DNA of 64,000 nucleotides. Origin: Lytechinus pictus (lineage: Eukaryota). Of this stretch, positions 10,214-23,157 are shown piece after piece. The position numbers and the translations under genes are program-made. Location of the stretch: the NCBI RefSeq assembly GCF_037042905.1, contig NC_087251.1, positions 42,844,001 to 42,908,000 of the forward strand, in the 5' to 3' direction. Numbering within the stretch: the first letter of the stretch is position 1; each line of letters begins with the position of its first letter. Below the pieces are notes generated by a model. It did not search any database and was not told the origin of the DNA. It saw only the letters and a program-made list of their open reading frames with translations.

Positions 10214-12534
10214 GTAAGTCGATGTGACAATATCAAGCATGCATACCAATCAACAATCACAAAATCTGCCATATTGCATGTAAATGTCCTGTTATTGTTT
10301 CAAATCCCATCACTTGAGACTGTTTTATATTGCAATGTCATATTACCGTTGACTATATACTTTTATTATTATCATTGTTATTTTAAGTATCCTATTGACT
10401 TCATTCCATTTTATTGCAATAGTCATCACTTCTTCTTTTCTATCAGGAATATTTTGTAAATGTCTTGATATGTAGAAATGCTTTTAAAATGCAATGTTAG
10501 ATCTAGTAATAAATTTGTATTTCTCCAAACTATAGATATACATAATATAATTAGATTAAAATATAGCTGGAGTAATTATGATTGTCTTGAGTACATCACG
10601 GGATGTATTCATTTTGTGTTCACTACCTGTAATAATACTATGGTAAATATGCTGGATGTGGAGCCTTGATTGCATTCTAAGGATGCCCATCAAATGAATG
10701 ATTACATTTCGTTGAGCTAGTCCTGAAATTTGCTGCCAAAGCTTAAATTCCACAATGATTGGTGTGAATTTCTTTCTAATTGATAGAGGTGGTGTGGTGA
10801 GCATGATAGTCCCATGTGTATTGTTTTGTGTTCAGTTTCCCTTCATTGTTTATATGTATCCTACATTGACTACATATGCTCGAGGTGGACCTTTCCACAG
10901 CTCTACAAGGTTTGTACGCTCATGAAAATCGTGTTTTGTATAACTTATTAATGATGGCAGCTTCCTCGAGTTTGGTTGAAATGTTGAGACAAAACTGTCA
11001 TTCAATGCAAATCTAACCTTATCAAAATATTTAGTCTAGAGGCTAGTCCTGAGTGGGCAAAACAGGTCTTTTTTCAAGATTTATCATTGGAATTAGACTA
11101 CTGGTCTAGAAATACAATATATATATCGGGTTGGGAAGGGGGTGTTTACATTTTGCAGAGGTATGTATAGTTTTAACAAATGACTTGAATGCAGAGAGTT
11201 GAATACCATTATCACTTTTTTTTAATTGAATATTCAGATACAGGTGTCCATCAAGTGATATAATTTTTTTTTAAAGAGATTATTGGAAATACATTCAAAC
11301 TATAAAAAAATGCATCCCATGAAGCAATTAGGATATTTGCATAATTTATAAAATCATGATTAACATAATGCATGGCCTTGGTGCTCTCTGATATTATGAA
11401 TTTTTCACAAGATTATGTTTTGTTATATTGGTCCAATGCACATGAAATTATGTCCAGCATAGTGAATGGTCAAGCTTAGAGAACATATTAGATATGAACT
11501 GCTATGAAAAACATAGTTGCTTCTACAGGCTAAAGTGGACTGCAATGTGTCCCTGCATGACTATGTTCAGGTTCGTTGGTGACATTCAGTCGGAAAAACA
11601 ACTTTGTTTCAACTGTCATAGCAGTCCATAATGCTTGTATGCCAAATTTGCCAAACACTACACCTAGTCTAGACCTATGATAAACCAATTCTTGCCTAGA
11701 TCTACTCACTCTATTCTTATTTTTTAATCATATTGAACTTAGCCCCTCCTATAGGCTCATGTGTGCCTGGTGTCTGCAAAGGCCATCTAGCCCATCGTGT
11801 GATCATTATCAAATTCATAGGAGATTTAGATCTAGGAAGGTACGCTTCAGCCATCGCTACCCTATTTTTATTCCTTTGGAACAAAATCTTATAAAATGTC
11901 AACGGTACATCTTGGTCCTGGTATAAGTAGAATGTAGAGATCGATACCAATATCAATGGATTGTCTGCGATAGATGCGCGTAGTACATGTAGGTGCACTG
12001 AACATGCGTATATGCAATATTTTTCTAAAATATACATGTAGCTATCGAATCGCACTGAAATTGTGGTATCCCCTCTCGGAACAAAAAGCAACTGGTTGCT
12101 TGTACAGCAAAAGAACAGATTTTAGCAAGTCAACTTTGCCCGTTGCCATGGTAATGGGGGCATGACTCCATCCGATTGCAGGATTGATCAACAGGTATTT
12201 TGATTCATTAGCTCACTTTATTGATATGTTAATTATACAGAGAACTTAGATCTATAGATCAGATGTAATTTCTTGAAAGTCAGTTATATCAGTATCAAAT
12301 GACTGATGATAGAAATGGATTGATTTAAAGTCACTAATTAGTTATCGGAAGAATTGGAAGTCTATGGCTGGATGTAGCCACTTTAGCCTATTTCTTTGTC
12401 AAGTATTTTGAACGTGTGCAGCTGCATCAGTGGTAAGCAACCATTACATAAAATTATTTTTAATTGAGCAGCTTTGCCAATTTGGATAAATTTTGATGTA
12501 GTGCGTGTAAGTCTTTAGATGGGCCACATGACCT

Positions 12535-12735
12535 ATGCTTCTACGACATTTGCTCCTGTCTTGATATCTTGGAGGGCATAGGGTAAGAGTTGCAATTTTA
12601 ATTAATCGTTTGGTGCAGAATATTGTTAAGATTAAGATTTGGGCTTATTTTGTCTTGGAGGTTAGGTTTTATGTTTTACTTCACGCACAGATTTTCATTC
12701 AGAGCAATTGTCACTGGAGTAAATGCCATGGAACC
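12535..12735. mobile_element. Degenerate inverted copy of the 8306-8497 family
   Basis: ACGACATTTGCTCC start; GAGCAATTGTC...GGAGTAAATGCCATGGAACC end. Confidence 0.5.
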
Positions 12736-12869
12736 CATTATGAGCCAATAGGTCATTAAGTTAATATTTGCAAACAGCATCCTGAAGGCTTTGCTCCAAT
12801 CTGGATTGGGTGCACCAACGGAAAATGAATCAAAATGAATTGTGAATTCATTGGCCTTTAACGTTGCTT

Positions 12870-13004
12870 ATACCTCAGTCACATTTCCCCTACCGTTTTA
12901 TTCATTTCTATTCAAACCACATATATATAGCTGGTAAAAAAAATTTAAAACGTCTGTTTTTGACTCGCCGTATGGCCGCCGTAGGGGAAATGTGACTGAG
13001 GTAT
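12870..13004. mobile_element. 135-bp MITE with perfect 24-bp TIR
   Basis: ATACCTCAGTCACATTTCCCCTAC ... GTAGGGGAAATGTGACTGAGGTAT. Confidence 0.85.
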
Positions 13005-14175
13005 TCACACTGTCAAGGGGTAGGGGGAAAAGTTCTTAACAAATATGGCGGCCTACATCAAGCCGAACTATATTGTAACCGAAACACCAGACAACGACGA
13101 TATAATTCAAGCAAGAAAGTCAAGAAATCTTGCTCACAAATAGTCTTTCTATACTTTCATTTTGTTCATTTCAAGGTTTAGAATCTAATAAATTTAGAAA
13201 TGAATACTGAAATATATTACATCTAAACCGGTTTACATGTGCACTGGTTCCGACAAAATCAAACTGGGCCCAAACAGTAACAATCAAGAACTTGTGTGTT
13301 CGACTTGGATCATACCTGCTCTGCACTATTGCCTGATGACATATTCTGTAAGATCTTACTCTTTCCTGATCGAAATGCTATGTATTTCTGTAGGTCATTG
13401 ACTGCTGTATAAATAATGATCACTTTGCTTTGTTTTCATGTAGATCTAATGGCAAAGCTACATGTATCTAATGTATTGAATGAAATAGTGATTTTATGAA
13501 ATGACAAATTGCAAGATGCTAGAATTTACTAGACAGTAGACATTAGGCTCATATTCAGACAGGTGAACTAAGTTAGAACATTGTTTAAATCTGTCGATAT
13601 GCAACACTACTCTTTCACAGATGTTTGGTATAAATAAATCAATAAAAACAATCCAATAATTGGTTCATTAAACAATATAATTTATTGGGTGTGGACAAAA
13701 ATATCAAGTTAGTGCCCCCATGGACAAACCAGGGATTAGAATTGTGGTTTAACTTTGTACATCTTTTAAAGAAAAGTCATAGTCCCACACACAACCTTTT
13801 GATTGTTTAAATGATACAAACAACACTCAGCTTATGCTATAAAGAACTGTGCTGTTCATCATAGAATGATATTTAGTGTAAGCAGTTTAGAATAGTAGCA
13901 CTCTTGATAGATATGTGCTGCCCTCTTGTGTCCGGATGAGCTTTTCTACCCCTTTCCCATCTTCTTTGATGAAGGGTCATGTGAGTATCCAGCCCTGTTT
14001 AGCTAAAAGCTGGATGTTTCTTTATTATTTAGATATTTTTAAATTTCATTCTTGATTTCGGAGAAACAGATTTTGAATTAAAGAGATTTGATTACACTTT
14101 TCATTTTGGTGCAGCAGTGTTCAAATGCAAGTATTAGTTCTAAGATAATATATACAAATTTGTATGGTCAACAGC

Positions 14176-14330
14176 GATTCTGTTTCATCAACACTACATG
14201 TATGGAAACTTTGCCACTATAGCAGTTACCATGGTAACATGACTTGGCAACCAATCACAATCAAAGTTTCCATGTTAGTGACAATTATGGCAAAGTAACC
14301 ATAGTTGTAAGTCTTCATGAAATGAGCGCC
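14176..14330. mobile_element. Degenerate Harbinger-type MITE (X-box/CCAAT family)
   Basis: TTTCAT...ATGAAA ends; core GTTACCATGGTAAC...CCAATCACAATCAA shared with 26422-26573 and 35065-35208. Confidence 0.6.
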
Positions 14331-14605
14331 AGAAGTGGAAAGCATCAACGATGTCCAAAGGATGTTGGTTGCATTGGCATCATGAGGTCACCCAAAACTA
14401 ACCAAACCCCAGACCCCCTCCTTTTGCTATAAATATTTGGTTTGCATGAATATTCTTTTTCTATGGTATAGGAATAGACTTTAGACTCCTATGTAGCATC
14501 ATGTAGTGATTACGAAACCTCAATTAAGCAATTTTTTTACATATATTTCCGTGTGCATAAAATGGTCTATATGCTTGTGATGTTATCATACAATACATCA
14601 CACAT

Positions 14606-15047
14606 TATATGACACCAAGATAGATTCTTGTCAGTTGATTGGTTGGTCGATATCGATCAGCCCATTTTACAATGACGTCATCAACCGTGCATCAACCGTG
14701 CAATTTTAGATCCATTCATCGTGCAATTTTGGATTCATACGATTTTGCCCATTGCACGCGCGCACCCAGACTACAGACACCACTCGTGTTTGCAGCGCGC
14801 ACTGCATGAGCATATTTTGCCTCGAAATTCACAAATTTCATATGAAAAAAAAATCTAATTTTAGGTGTCATATAAACCAAATAATGAATGTTCTTTTCAT
14901 TCGTGCAATAGACAGAATACTTCATTCGGTGAAAGAAGAAATGAATGATCCATTCAATGAGGCGTAGCAGAGATGAATGGATCATTTCATCTTTTACCAC
15001 ATGAAGTATTCTGTCCATTGCACTCATAATCCTTCATTATTGGTATA
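14606..15047. mobile_element. Repeat element built from two adjacent inverted-repeat modules
   Basis: TATATGACACC (14606) / GGTGTCATATA (14864), then an imperfect hairpin at 14871-15047 (TGCAATAGACAGAATACTTCAT / ATGAAGTATTCTGTCCATTGCA). Confidence 0.6.
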
Positions 15048-16541
15048 CCATATCATAGTATCATTGAAAACTAGGGTTGACATACTTCTCTGTGGTTGTG
15101 ATGTCTATGGAAAGTCTGCAGCAGGAAGATATTTCATATTGCTTGAATACAAATGGGATATATCACTTATGTAGATTCTATTCAAAGTGTTAATTATTCA
15201 TCACCATTTCATGCTTAGTTTCTATTTAGCTCATAGATTATTTTGAATTATATTTCTTGCTGTGGCATAATGAGAGCCAAACTATCAAATGGATTACATA
15301 CAGAAACATTACAATTGACCAGTTTATACCATGACTAAGATTGATTCCTCGTTAGACAGTATTAAATCTAGGGCCCATATCTCAAAAAGTTTTTGGATAT
15401 CATGTGGAAATGTGGGATTTACAAGAAGGTTGACTTGGAAGAAGTATGGGGCATTGCAAGAAATCTGCAATCAGTTGCAAATCTGTTGTAGGTCCCAAAG
15501 TTAATTCTAAGTCCGGTGATTGGTCGCTACTTATTTTATGTTTTTTTGAAATTATTATTATACCACATTCCTACTACGCTCCCATACAGTGTGGTCCAAT
15601 CCTTACTTCCCAAGCTGTACATCTTGGGATTGAATTCAGAAAATCATCACAATAGATCTAGACACTTGGGCGGGAGTTTAGTCTTAAAGTTTGCAGAGCC
15701 CCTGCAAACTTTCTTAGCCCTTATATATCTAATTGGCCATTTTGTCATCGGATTCATATGTGTGTATCGAAGAAAGAAACGTGAAGTTCAAATAGACCAA
15801 AATTTGGGTTAGTTCCAGCGGATACACAATATATCTAATTCATGCTAATTGTCATGCAAAATTGAATGCACGGTGTGGTGCATAACGATACGTGTTAACA
15901 CACCAACCATTTGCTAGCTAGTATGAGTATATCTCAAATGAATAAAGAAAAGGCAAAAGTCAACGATTGCCGTAGCGCTTTACATGGTTTTGGTGTAAAC
16001 GAAGGAACACTTTGACGCTGTTTTGAACGTGAAATGTACCATGAAAGGTAACCAAGAGTGTTATGTATCTTTATTCATTATTTTTCCTAGTTATTACTCA
16101 TATTCTTGTTTTTATTAGTGCTATTATCTTGGTAGGTAAATATGCTTTTACTTATTTCCTGGTTTTGAATTGTGTAAAATCCATGCAAGTACAAAACTAG
16201 ATCTTTGTAAAATGTCTGATTGTTTTAAAGAAACTCTCATGATGCACCAAGTAATTATTGTTTTTCGACTAGTGCATAATTTTGATGGTTTATAAAAAAA
16301 TATATAGATTTTGATTATTGTTTAAAAAATGAAAATAATACCTTTAAATTGAATGGAAAGTTAGGCTACTGGAAGCTTTTCTGAAACCATCTCGGTTTAG
16401 ATTGTATCATTATCTTGTAGCTGGCTTTCACAAGTTGGCCATGAGATGGCGGTATGCAGATTTAGCAGTTATTTGATGTTTGCAATTTAAACAATTGTCA
16501 TCTGTGTAATGTTGTAGTCGCACCAACAAAATGTACTCCTG

Positions 16542-16671
16542 GCCCCCGTATAACACAAAGGTTAATGATTAATTGTACGCTTGATTTACATGATTATTGG
16601 TACATTGCAGTTAATGCAATCAATTTTTTAAAAATCTGCTACAATGATTGCTAAGCTTTGTGTTATTGGCC
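16542..16671. mobile_element. Small Harbinger-type MITE
   Basis: ATAACACAAAG ... CTTTGTGTTAT inverted subterminal ends with GGCC-type termini. Confidence 0.6.
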
Positions 16672-17295
16672 ATAGGTTGAGAGTAGCGTTTGCATTGTAT
16701 TTCATAGATGCCATTGGTCTGTGAGGAGTCAGTGTTATGTGACTGCGCCAATTACCTGAAGCATAATGTAACACATTTTACTGGGGGTGGGGTAGGGGAC
16801 TGTCACATTGTAAGCTTAGTTTCTTTGGATGCCAACATTAGCTTCTAAACTAAAAAAAGAAAAAAAATGAAAATTTTGTCTAAATTTTTGACAAAATTTG
16901 AAGTGATCTTGAATATTAAAGGCTTACTGGGGAAGCGGAAACATAAAGCTAAAGGATTTTTCGTTGTTGCAAATCTGCAATCTTCTAAAAAGTAGAAGTT
17001 GAAGTAAAACAATTGAATTTTTTGGTAAACTCATAAAGTAAAGAATGAAAATGATTTTTTTTATCAGGCTTCTAATAAGATTTGTTTCTAAATTATATTC
17101 AGTCATGTCAATTTGCTGTTATATTGTCAGAATTATTTTAGATGTATTTAATTCTCTGTGGAAATCATTTTACAATTCAAGACATTTGCTAAGCCTTCAG
17201 GAAATAACAATATGTACTCTGTATGATTAAAAAATATTTTTAATTATTATTTTGAATTATAATACACTTTCTTTTCTTTTCTTTCTCTTTTCTAG

Positions 17296-17347
17296 GCCTT
17301 GGCTTTGACAAAGAGTAAATGGGATTCTGCCACAGAAGAGAAACTAG
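17296..17347 (+). CDS. YLPM1: YLPM1 exon ALALTKSKWDSATEEKL(D)
   Basis: Long pyrimidine tract plus ctag acceptor, G|gtgagt donor (phase 1); matches human KSKWE...SEAKLD. Confidence 0.92.
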
Positions 17348-18073
17348 GTGAGTTGATAGAAGTTAATGAACACAGTGATTTTATTTAAAAACATGTTTTG
17401 ATGGTCAAAGAACTGAAAATCATTTGGCCTTATTGAGTGATTACCGGTTTTGAAACCATTTTAATTAAAGGCCCATCATTTTAAAATTGAGTTGATTTAA
17501 TAAGAAAAAAATCAAACAAAAATAAAATTGAGATTGTCATAAATTGTCATTAAAAATGTAATCAAAATATAAATTGAAACAAAAGAAATTCTAATAGAAA
17601 TGTTGCAAGAAACTTACATTCAATTGGAAATCAATCGTAAATCCCCAAATCAAGTGTGATAGCAGGCATTGCAAGAAAGTTGATTTTCAATTGTACACAA
17701 ATCAACTACAAATTTGTGGTTAATCAAGCCTTCCCATTGATTTTTGGATGTATGATTAATTTTGAATTGACCTTAAATTTCTTGCGATGCCCTGCTTTTT
17801 TTTTTTTGTTTTGTTCATCCAATAGTGATATAATTAAGAAGTTCAGAATGTACTGCCTCTATCCCGTGAATGGCTGTCTATTATAACATTCTTTAGACAG
17901 GCGATCACCAAAGATATAAAATTGATTTCTTTCATTTCTAAATATCTAAGCGTCTTGTGTGGTAACTCCAGTGTGCATATATCAACATTTTTGCCTTTGT
18001 ATAAAGTCTCTGATTCTTATCATGATAGTTTGGATGCAGGGAATGCTTGGTGAAAGGAGTATTCAGTTGCATT

Positions 18074-18548
18074 AGGTGGTTTCAAACCGCTTCGATCACA
18101 AGAATCCCTGTTAAATTACGAGAACATTTTTAGGCTAAAAAATACCCATTAATTATTCCTGCATTCAGACCGCCCCGAAACATACACTTCGGGATAAATT
18201 CCTGAAGTTAGGAGCATGCGCAGTATGGTCTAATAAGCAGGCAAGGCGCGAGATTCAAAACTACTAGCCCAGCAGCCACCCACGGCGCCGCACCCAACGA
18301 CACGCTGGGCTGAAAGTTCCCGTAATTTGCTTTCACATCGCCAAAATACCTGCGACCTTGGAAAAATCCCCGCGAAAGTTCTCGTAATTTCGCCAAGTAC
18401 CTACTATTTATCGGGTATTTTCTTTCGGGGATATTACGCGTAGTTTGCTTTCACACCGCCAAAATACCTGGTATTTTCTGATCGGGGTAAATTTCCCGAT
18501 CAGAGAATACCTGGAACTGGCGAACTTCGAGGCGGTCTAAAACCACCT
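18074..18548. mobile_element. PIF/Harbinger-like non-autonomous DNA transposon
   Basis: TIR AGGTGGTTTCAAACCGCTTCGA / TCGAGGCGGTCTAAAACCACCT; 3-bp TSD ATT (18071-18073, 18549-18551); internal TTTGCTTTCACA.CGCCAAAATACCTG repeated. Confidence 0.85.
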
Positions 18549-19085
18549 ATTGTGGAATTCTGATACCCAGTGTAATAGCCCTAGGGGAGTATGTGCAGCC
18601 CTGTGGGATGACAATCAAATGCCTTGTTTGACCTTTAAACCAAGGTGTTATTCTGACAAGGTTGTCACCGTTTGTTTTGTATTCAAATAATCATCAAATA
18701 TGGGGAGAAAAATGCTTTGTTCATGACTGTAACGTCTGGAAGTGTAGTTGAAATTTATGGGTGGGTTAATTTCAAAGTCACAGTTAGAAAGGATGTTGGA
18801 AAGGATGTATACTTTTGATGAGGAACATGAGATCAGTCTCAAATTTTTATTTTAATGAAATAGTGGTAGCAGAAAGTGTCAGATTGCATCATTAGATGGA
18901 ATTAATTAATTCAAACAAATCAATTAGGTGTAGGTATTTATTCACAAGTGATAATAACAAAGAATAGGTAGATTTAAAGCCGAAAAGTGAAAACTAAAGT
19001 TAATTTCTGGTTGAACTGGCTGGTTGGTGAGACTATCATCTAATCCTTCTCATGGCCCATTCTTGATATACCTGTGCCGATGACT

Positions 19086-19390
19086 GGGGGGGGGGGGGGG
19101 TACTCATGAAATAAGGCAATGAGTCAAAAACACAGTACGTAAATACAGCAGGAAACATGCCTTATGTGTTACATCCGTTCCAGTGAATTCGCCAGGCAGT
19201 TCAAGTCATTTTGGAACCGCGGAATCGTTCCTGGGAATTGTTATTATTTCGAGGCTGATAAGGATTTGGATGAAACTCCCTAATAATGGGTACCTTTTTA
19301 GCCAAAATGACCCTTAAATATGGGTATGGGTTTTGAGCCTTCAGCTGCACACACCCCCGTCCAAACCAAATCTAAGTACCCCCCCCCCCC
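19086..19390. mobile_element. Non-autonomous element with poly-G-TACT / AGTA-poly-C termini
   Basis: G15TACT at left, AGTAC12 at right; superfamily not assigned. Confidence 0.55.
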
Positions 19391-20262
19391 TTGGGGCTGA
19401 TTAGTAGCACTGCTTTAGGCTTCATCTGGGGTCTACATGTGATTGCTTATCCATGCTTACCACAGCACGAATTTTGAAAGCTAGAGAAATTATTCATGCC
19501 ATGTAGCACATATTATTCTTGTACCAATCTAATCCAAGTAATTCCTGTATAATATATCGTTGATGTTCATTCAAACCGTTGTATCAGTCAATTTGGTTTT
19601 TTTTTTTTTAATTGATTTTGAGATTTTTGCAGAAAATGAAAGTACAAGTCGTATTCTATATTTAACTAAATTTCTAGGCAGCAATTTATTTTAGTTTCTG
19701 AGATATGAGGGGATTTTCACGGCGATGCTATACAAATTGTTGATAAAATGCACAAATCCCATTGGAAACGTATACTGTAGCAAAGCAAACAACAGCTGCG
19801 CGCACTTAACATGCAAACCGTCGTATCGGCACTGCATTGACTTTGCACATGAAAAAGTGATACAACGTTTTGACTGATAGCGCGCATTGAAATTGCGGTC
19901 AGAGTTGTTGTATCCCCTATGGCATTTTTTGTATAGGGGAAATCTAAACCGCTCAAACTGAAAGTACAAGCATGTAGCTCTTTTGCGATATTTTCTCTGA
20001 TCCTTGGTTTTGTAAAATTAATGATACCGATGTCAAGCAGTTGTCTTGGTCTTTCCAACCATGTATTTATCTAGTAGGCTGGGGAACTAAGTGTGAAAAT
20101 TATAGTAATCTTGAAAGTCGATTTTCTCTGAAATGGGTTTGCACCGTCTTATGTGTGTTGCGACGGTTCGGATGACGGCTGACGATATATCCCCCATGAC
20201 TTCCTATAACTTGGCTGTCACCCTCATTACCAAACTCTTTGTTGGTTTCTCCTCTACCACAG

Positions 20263-20384
20263 ATGCACTTGATGGTATCAAGAAGTATAAGAAGAAGGAT
20301 AGTTACCAGTCTATGGAGGACTACCTGTCGGGAGGAGATGAGTTTGACACCGTCTCCAGACCGACACTCCCAGGACAGAAGAGA
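20263..20384 (+). CDS. YLPM1: YLPM1 exon (D)ALDGIKKYKKKDSYQSMEDYLSGGDEFDTVSRPTLPGQKR
   Basis: ccacag acceptor (phase 1), AGA|gtaagt donor (phase 0); matches human LDG...MEDYL...PGKKR. Confidence 0.94.
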
Positions 20385-22799
20385 GTAAGTTCATTATTCA
20401 ATCTTCAGGAAAATCCTTTTTTTCGGGGGGGGGGGGGGGGGGCATGGATTCGTTTTTGTTGTTGGTGTTCATGCATACAACTTTGTTGGTCTCACAGTGC
20501 AAGTGTTGTCTGCTTTACAAACCCTTCACTCGAGTCAATTGGTCCGTGCAGACGGCTCTGGGCTAGTCTTGTGTGAAGACCCACTTGTTGATCAAAGTTT
20601 GTTGTTGCAAACCTGATCAGATTTGGAGAAATATACAGGCATTTTCCATAATATGTGATGATTAGGACTACAGTACATATTAAACCTGCAAACTAAAAGC
20701 TGATGAGACTACAAGAATATGCACCCATTTCTTCATGGATGGGTACAGCGTATATTAATGTATCATGTCTTTTTCCTGAAATATATCTTAAGTTCTTCTT
20801 AACCGCATTTTGCTTCTTAATCGGATAATTGATTTTGCACTAACATTTTGGGTAAGTACCATATGCCAGCCTTCAGAAATCGGAATATATATGAATATGA
20901 CATGACCCGTGTGTCATTCAGTATGTGGATCTCCAAAATAAAGTTAGTTCCCTCCCACAGACCATGTCGGTAGGAGGGAACTAAAGTGGTAGTGATTCCA
21001 TTATTGTGACCTGTGAATGAAAGACACGTCTCTTTCATAAAATATATCACCTAAACCACATTTTTCTCATTAATTGACTCATTGATATTGAAGTCAAACT
21101 CCAGGTAAGTGTGTTAGCCTATTACCTTTCAAAATTTCCGTAGACATAACATGAACAGGGTTGTAGTTTGGTTTTTGGAGCTCCAAACTAAGATGGTTTC
21201 CTACCTTAGAAAATGTTTGTGGGAGGAAATTCATTTGGTGCTCCATAAGTAAACACGACCGAGATGAAGTGGTATGTGCAAAAATTATATGTACAAATAT
21301 GTCACTCCTTGTAATTTTCAAGAATTCTGCTCTTGAAAGAAAAAAATGTATCATATAATTAATCAAGGAAATGAACACGGTCACATGATCTTTATTCCAA
21401 ATATCTACCCACAGAGGTATGAAGGTTTACATTTATTTGTATATCTAGATTGCGCATTAATAAGCATCTGAAAAGCACAGTCCATGTACAATGTGGACAT
21501 GGTGATGTCTACATCATTACATCATTGTAGCATGTATCATCTTTGCATCATGCAAATTGCCAGTTCACGGTTTGCTCATGATAAAACTATTCTCAAGTGC
21601 CCTTTGCGCAGTCTACAAACTGTGAACAGGCTTATACGCTGATCGGAGATTAGTTGAAGAAATAAGGATAAGAATTCCTTTTGGCTATCCTTGGCCACTG
21701 GTCCGCGGTACATGTACTTTCCATATCCCTTGTATTCGTATTCTATTCATTTAATTTTGCCTGAAATCAAATGAATAGAATAGAAAGAATAGATACCATT
21801 ATCAGTAATAACACAGGTCTCATTGATAGTACAAAGAAAAGATGTATCATGAACGGGGTAAAAAGTGTAAACTTTGGCTTTCCTTGATTAGGAAGCCGTT
21901 CTAGAGCCATGCTTCAATGACCACAAAGAAATAGCCTCTGAATAGATCAGAGTTCACACTGAAATTGCCCGCAGCGATGCAGGGCAAATTTTTCGGCCGC
22001 GGCGGCTAAAAAGCGGATATTTCGGAAGTATGACGAGAATGGAAAGCTGCATATGGAGTCGTCGTCTTGCCCAAAGGAGGAGGGTAGAATCAACGTAATG
22101 ATGGTAATAGTTAACAACATTCCAAGATATTATGAGTGATAACTATGTTATGTGGGGCTGATTAAGGATTGACCAAATATTCACTTGGTTATGCTCGGGG
22201 TTGCAAGAATTACCTGCAATTAGGTAATTCTCCTTGAGATGTTAATAAAATTCTTTTTTTTTTGTAAGAAGACAACTATGCACTTGTTCAGAATAGCATC
22301 TCAGGTTGTTGATGGTTTTTAATACTTGCATATAGTCTACCCCGTCTTATGATGAGATGGTTATTGATACGAAATTAATTTATATGTATAAAGTGCCATG
22401 TTGTATTCTATACTACAAAAGTTGGGAAATGAATAATCTATACTTCACAGATGTATTCAGATTTTATGAGATGCCTCTTTTTTACCACTGCCTCCAAAGT
22501 TTCGAATTTATCTTGTTTTGTCAATTTGCATGAAGCTAGACTGACTTTTGGCCAGATGATGCAAAAGACAATTTTTATTGCAGTGGCAGTCATATGATTT
22601 GAATACATTTGTGGAGTAATCTATATAATTGCACTCCCCAATTATGTACTGTTATACAGCTCAATCCAAGATCATGATCGAATGATTAACTTTGATTGGA
22701 AGTGCTGATTGGAAGTGCGCAGTCACATATTCTTGAGCCCATCACATTTTTTTTCTTTTTCTGAAAAGTGTTCATTGTAGTCCTATTCAACATTCCCTC

Positions 22800-23157
22800 T
22801 TTTCTATCAATCTCTCTCCCTCTTTATCTATCTCTATCTATCTATCTACTCTATCTGTCTGTCTACTCTGTCTGTCTATCTATATACTCTATCTATCTAT
22901 ATATATATCTAGCTATCTATCTATCTACTCTATATATCTATCTACTGGATCTATCTATCTACTGTATCTATCTATCCATCTATATATCTAGCTATCTATA
23001 TAGATCTAGCTATCTACTGTATCTATCTAGCTATCTACTGGATCTATCTATCTACTGTATCTATACGTCTATCTATCTATCCATCCATCCATCCAACTAT
23101 CTCTTGCCTTTATACTCACTATCTCTTTCTCTGTACCTCTCTATCTACCCCTCTCTT
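22800..23157 (+). repeat. (TATC)n-based compound microsatellite
   Basis: Directly visible; explains ORF 22768-23160. Confidence 0.95.

Noticed and set aside
20654..20703. C/D box snoRNA (GTGATGA...CTGA)
   Set aside because: Only ~50 nt, no terminal stem or recognisable guide.
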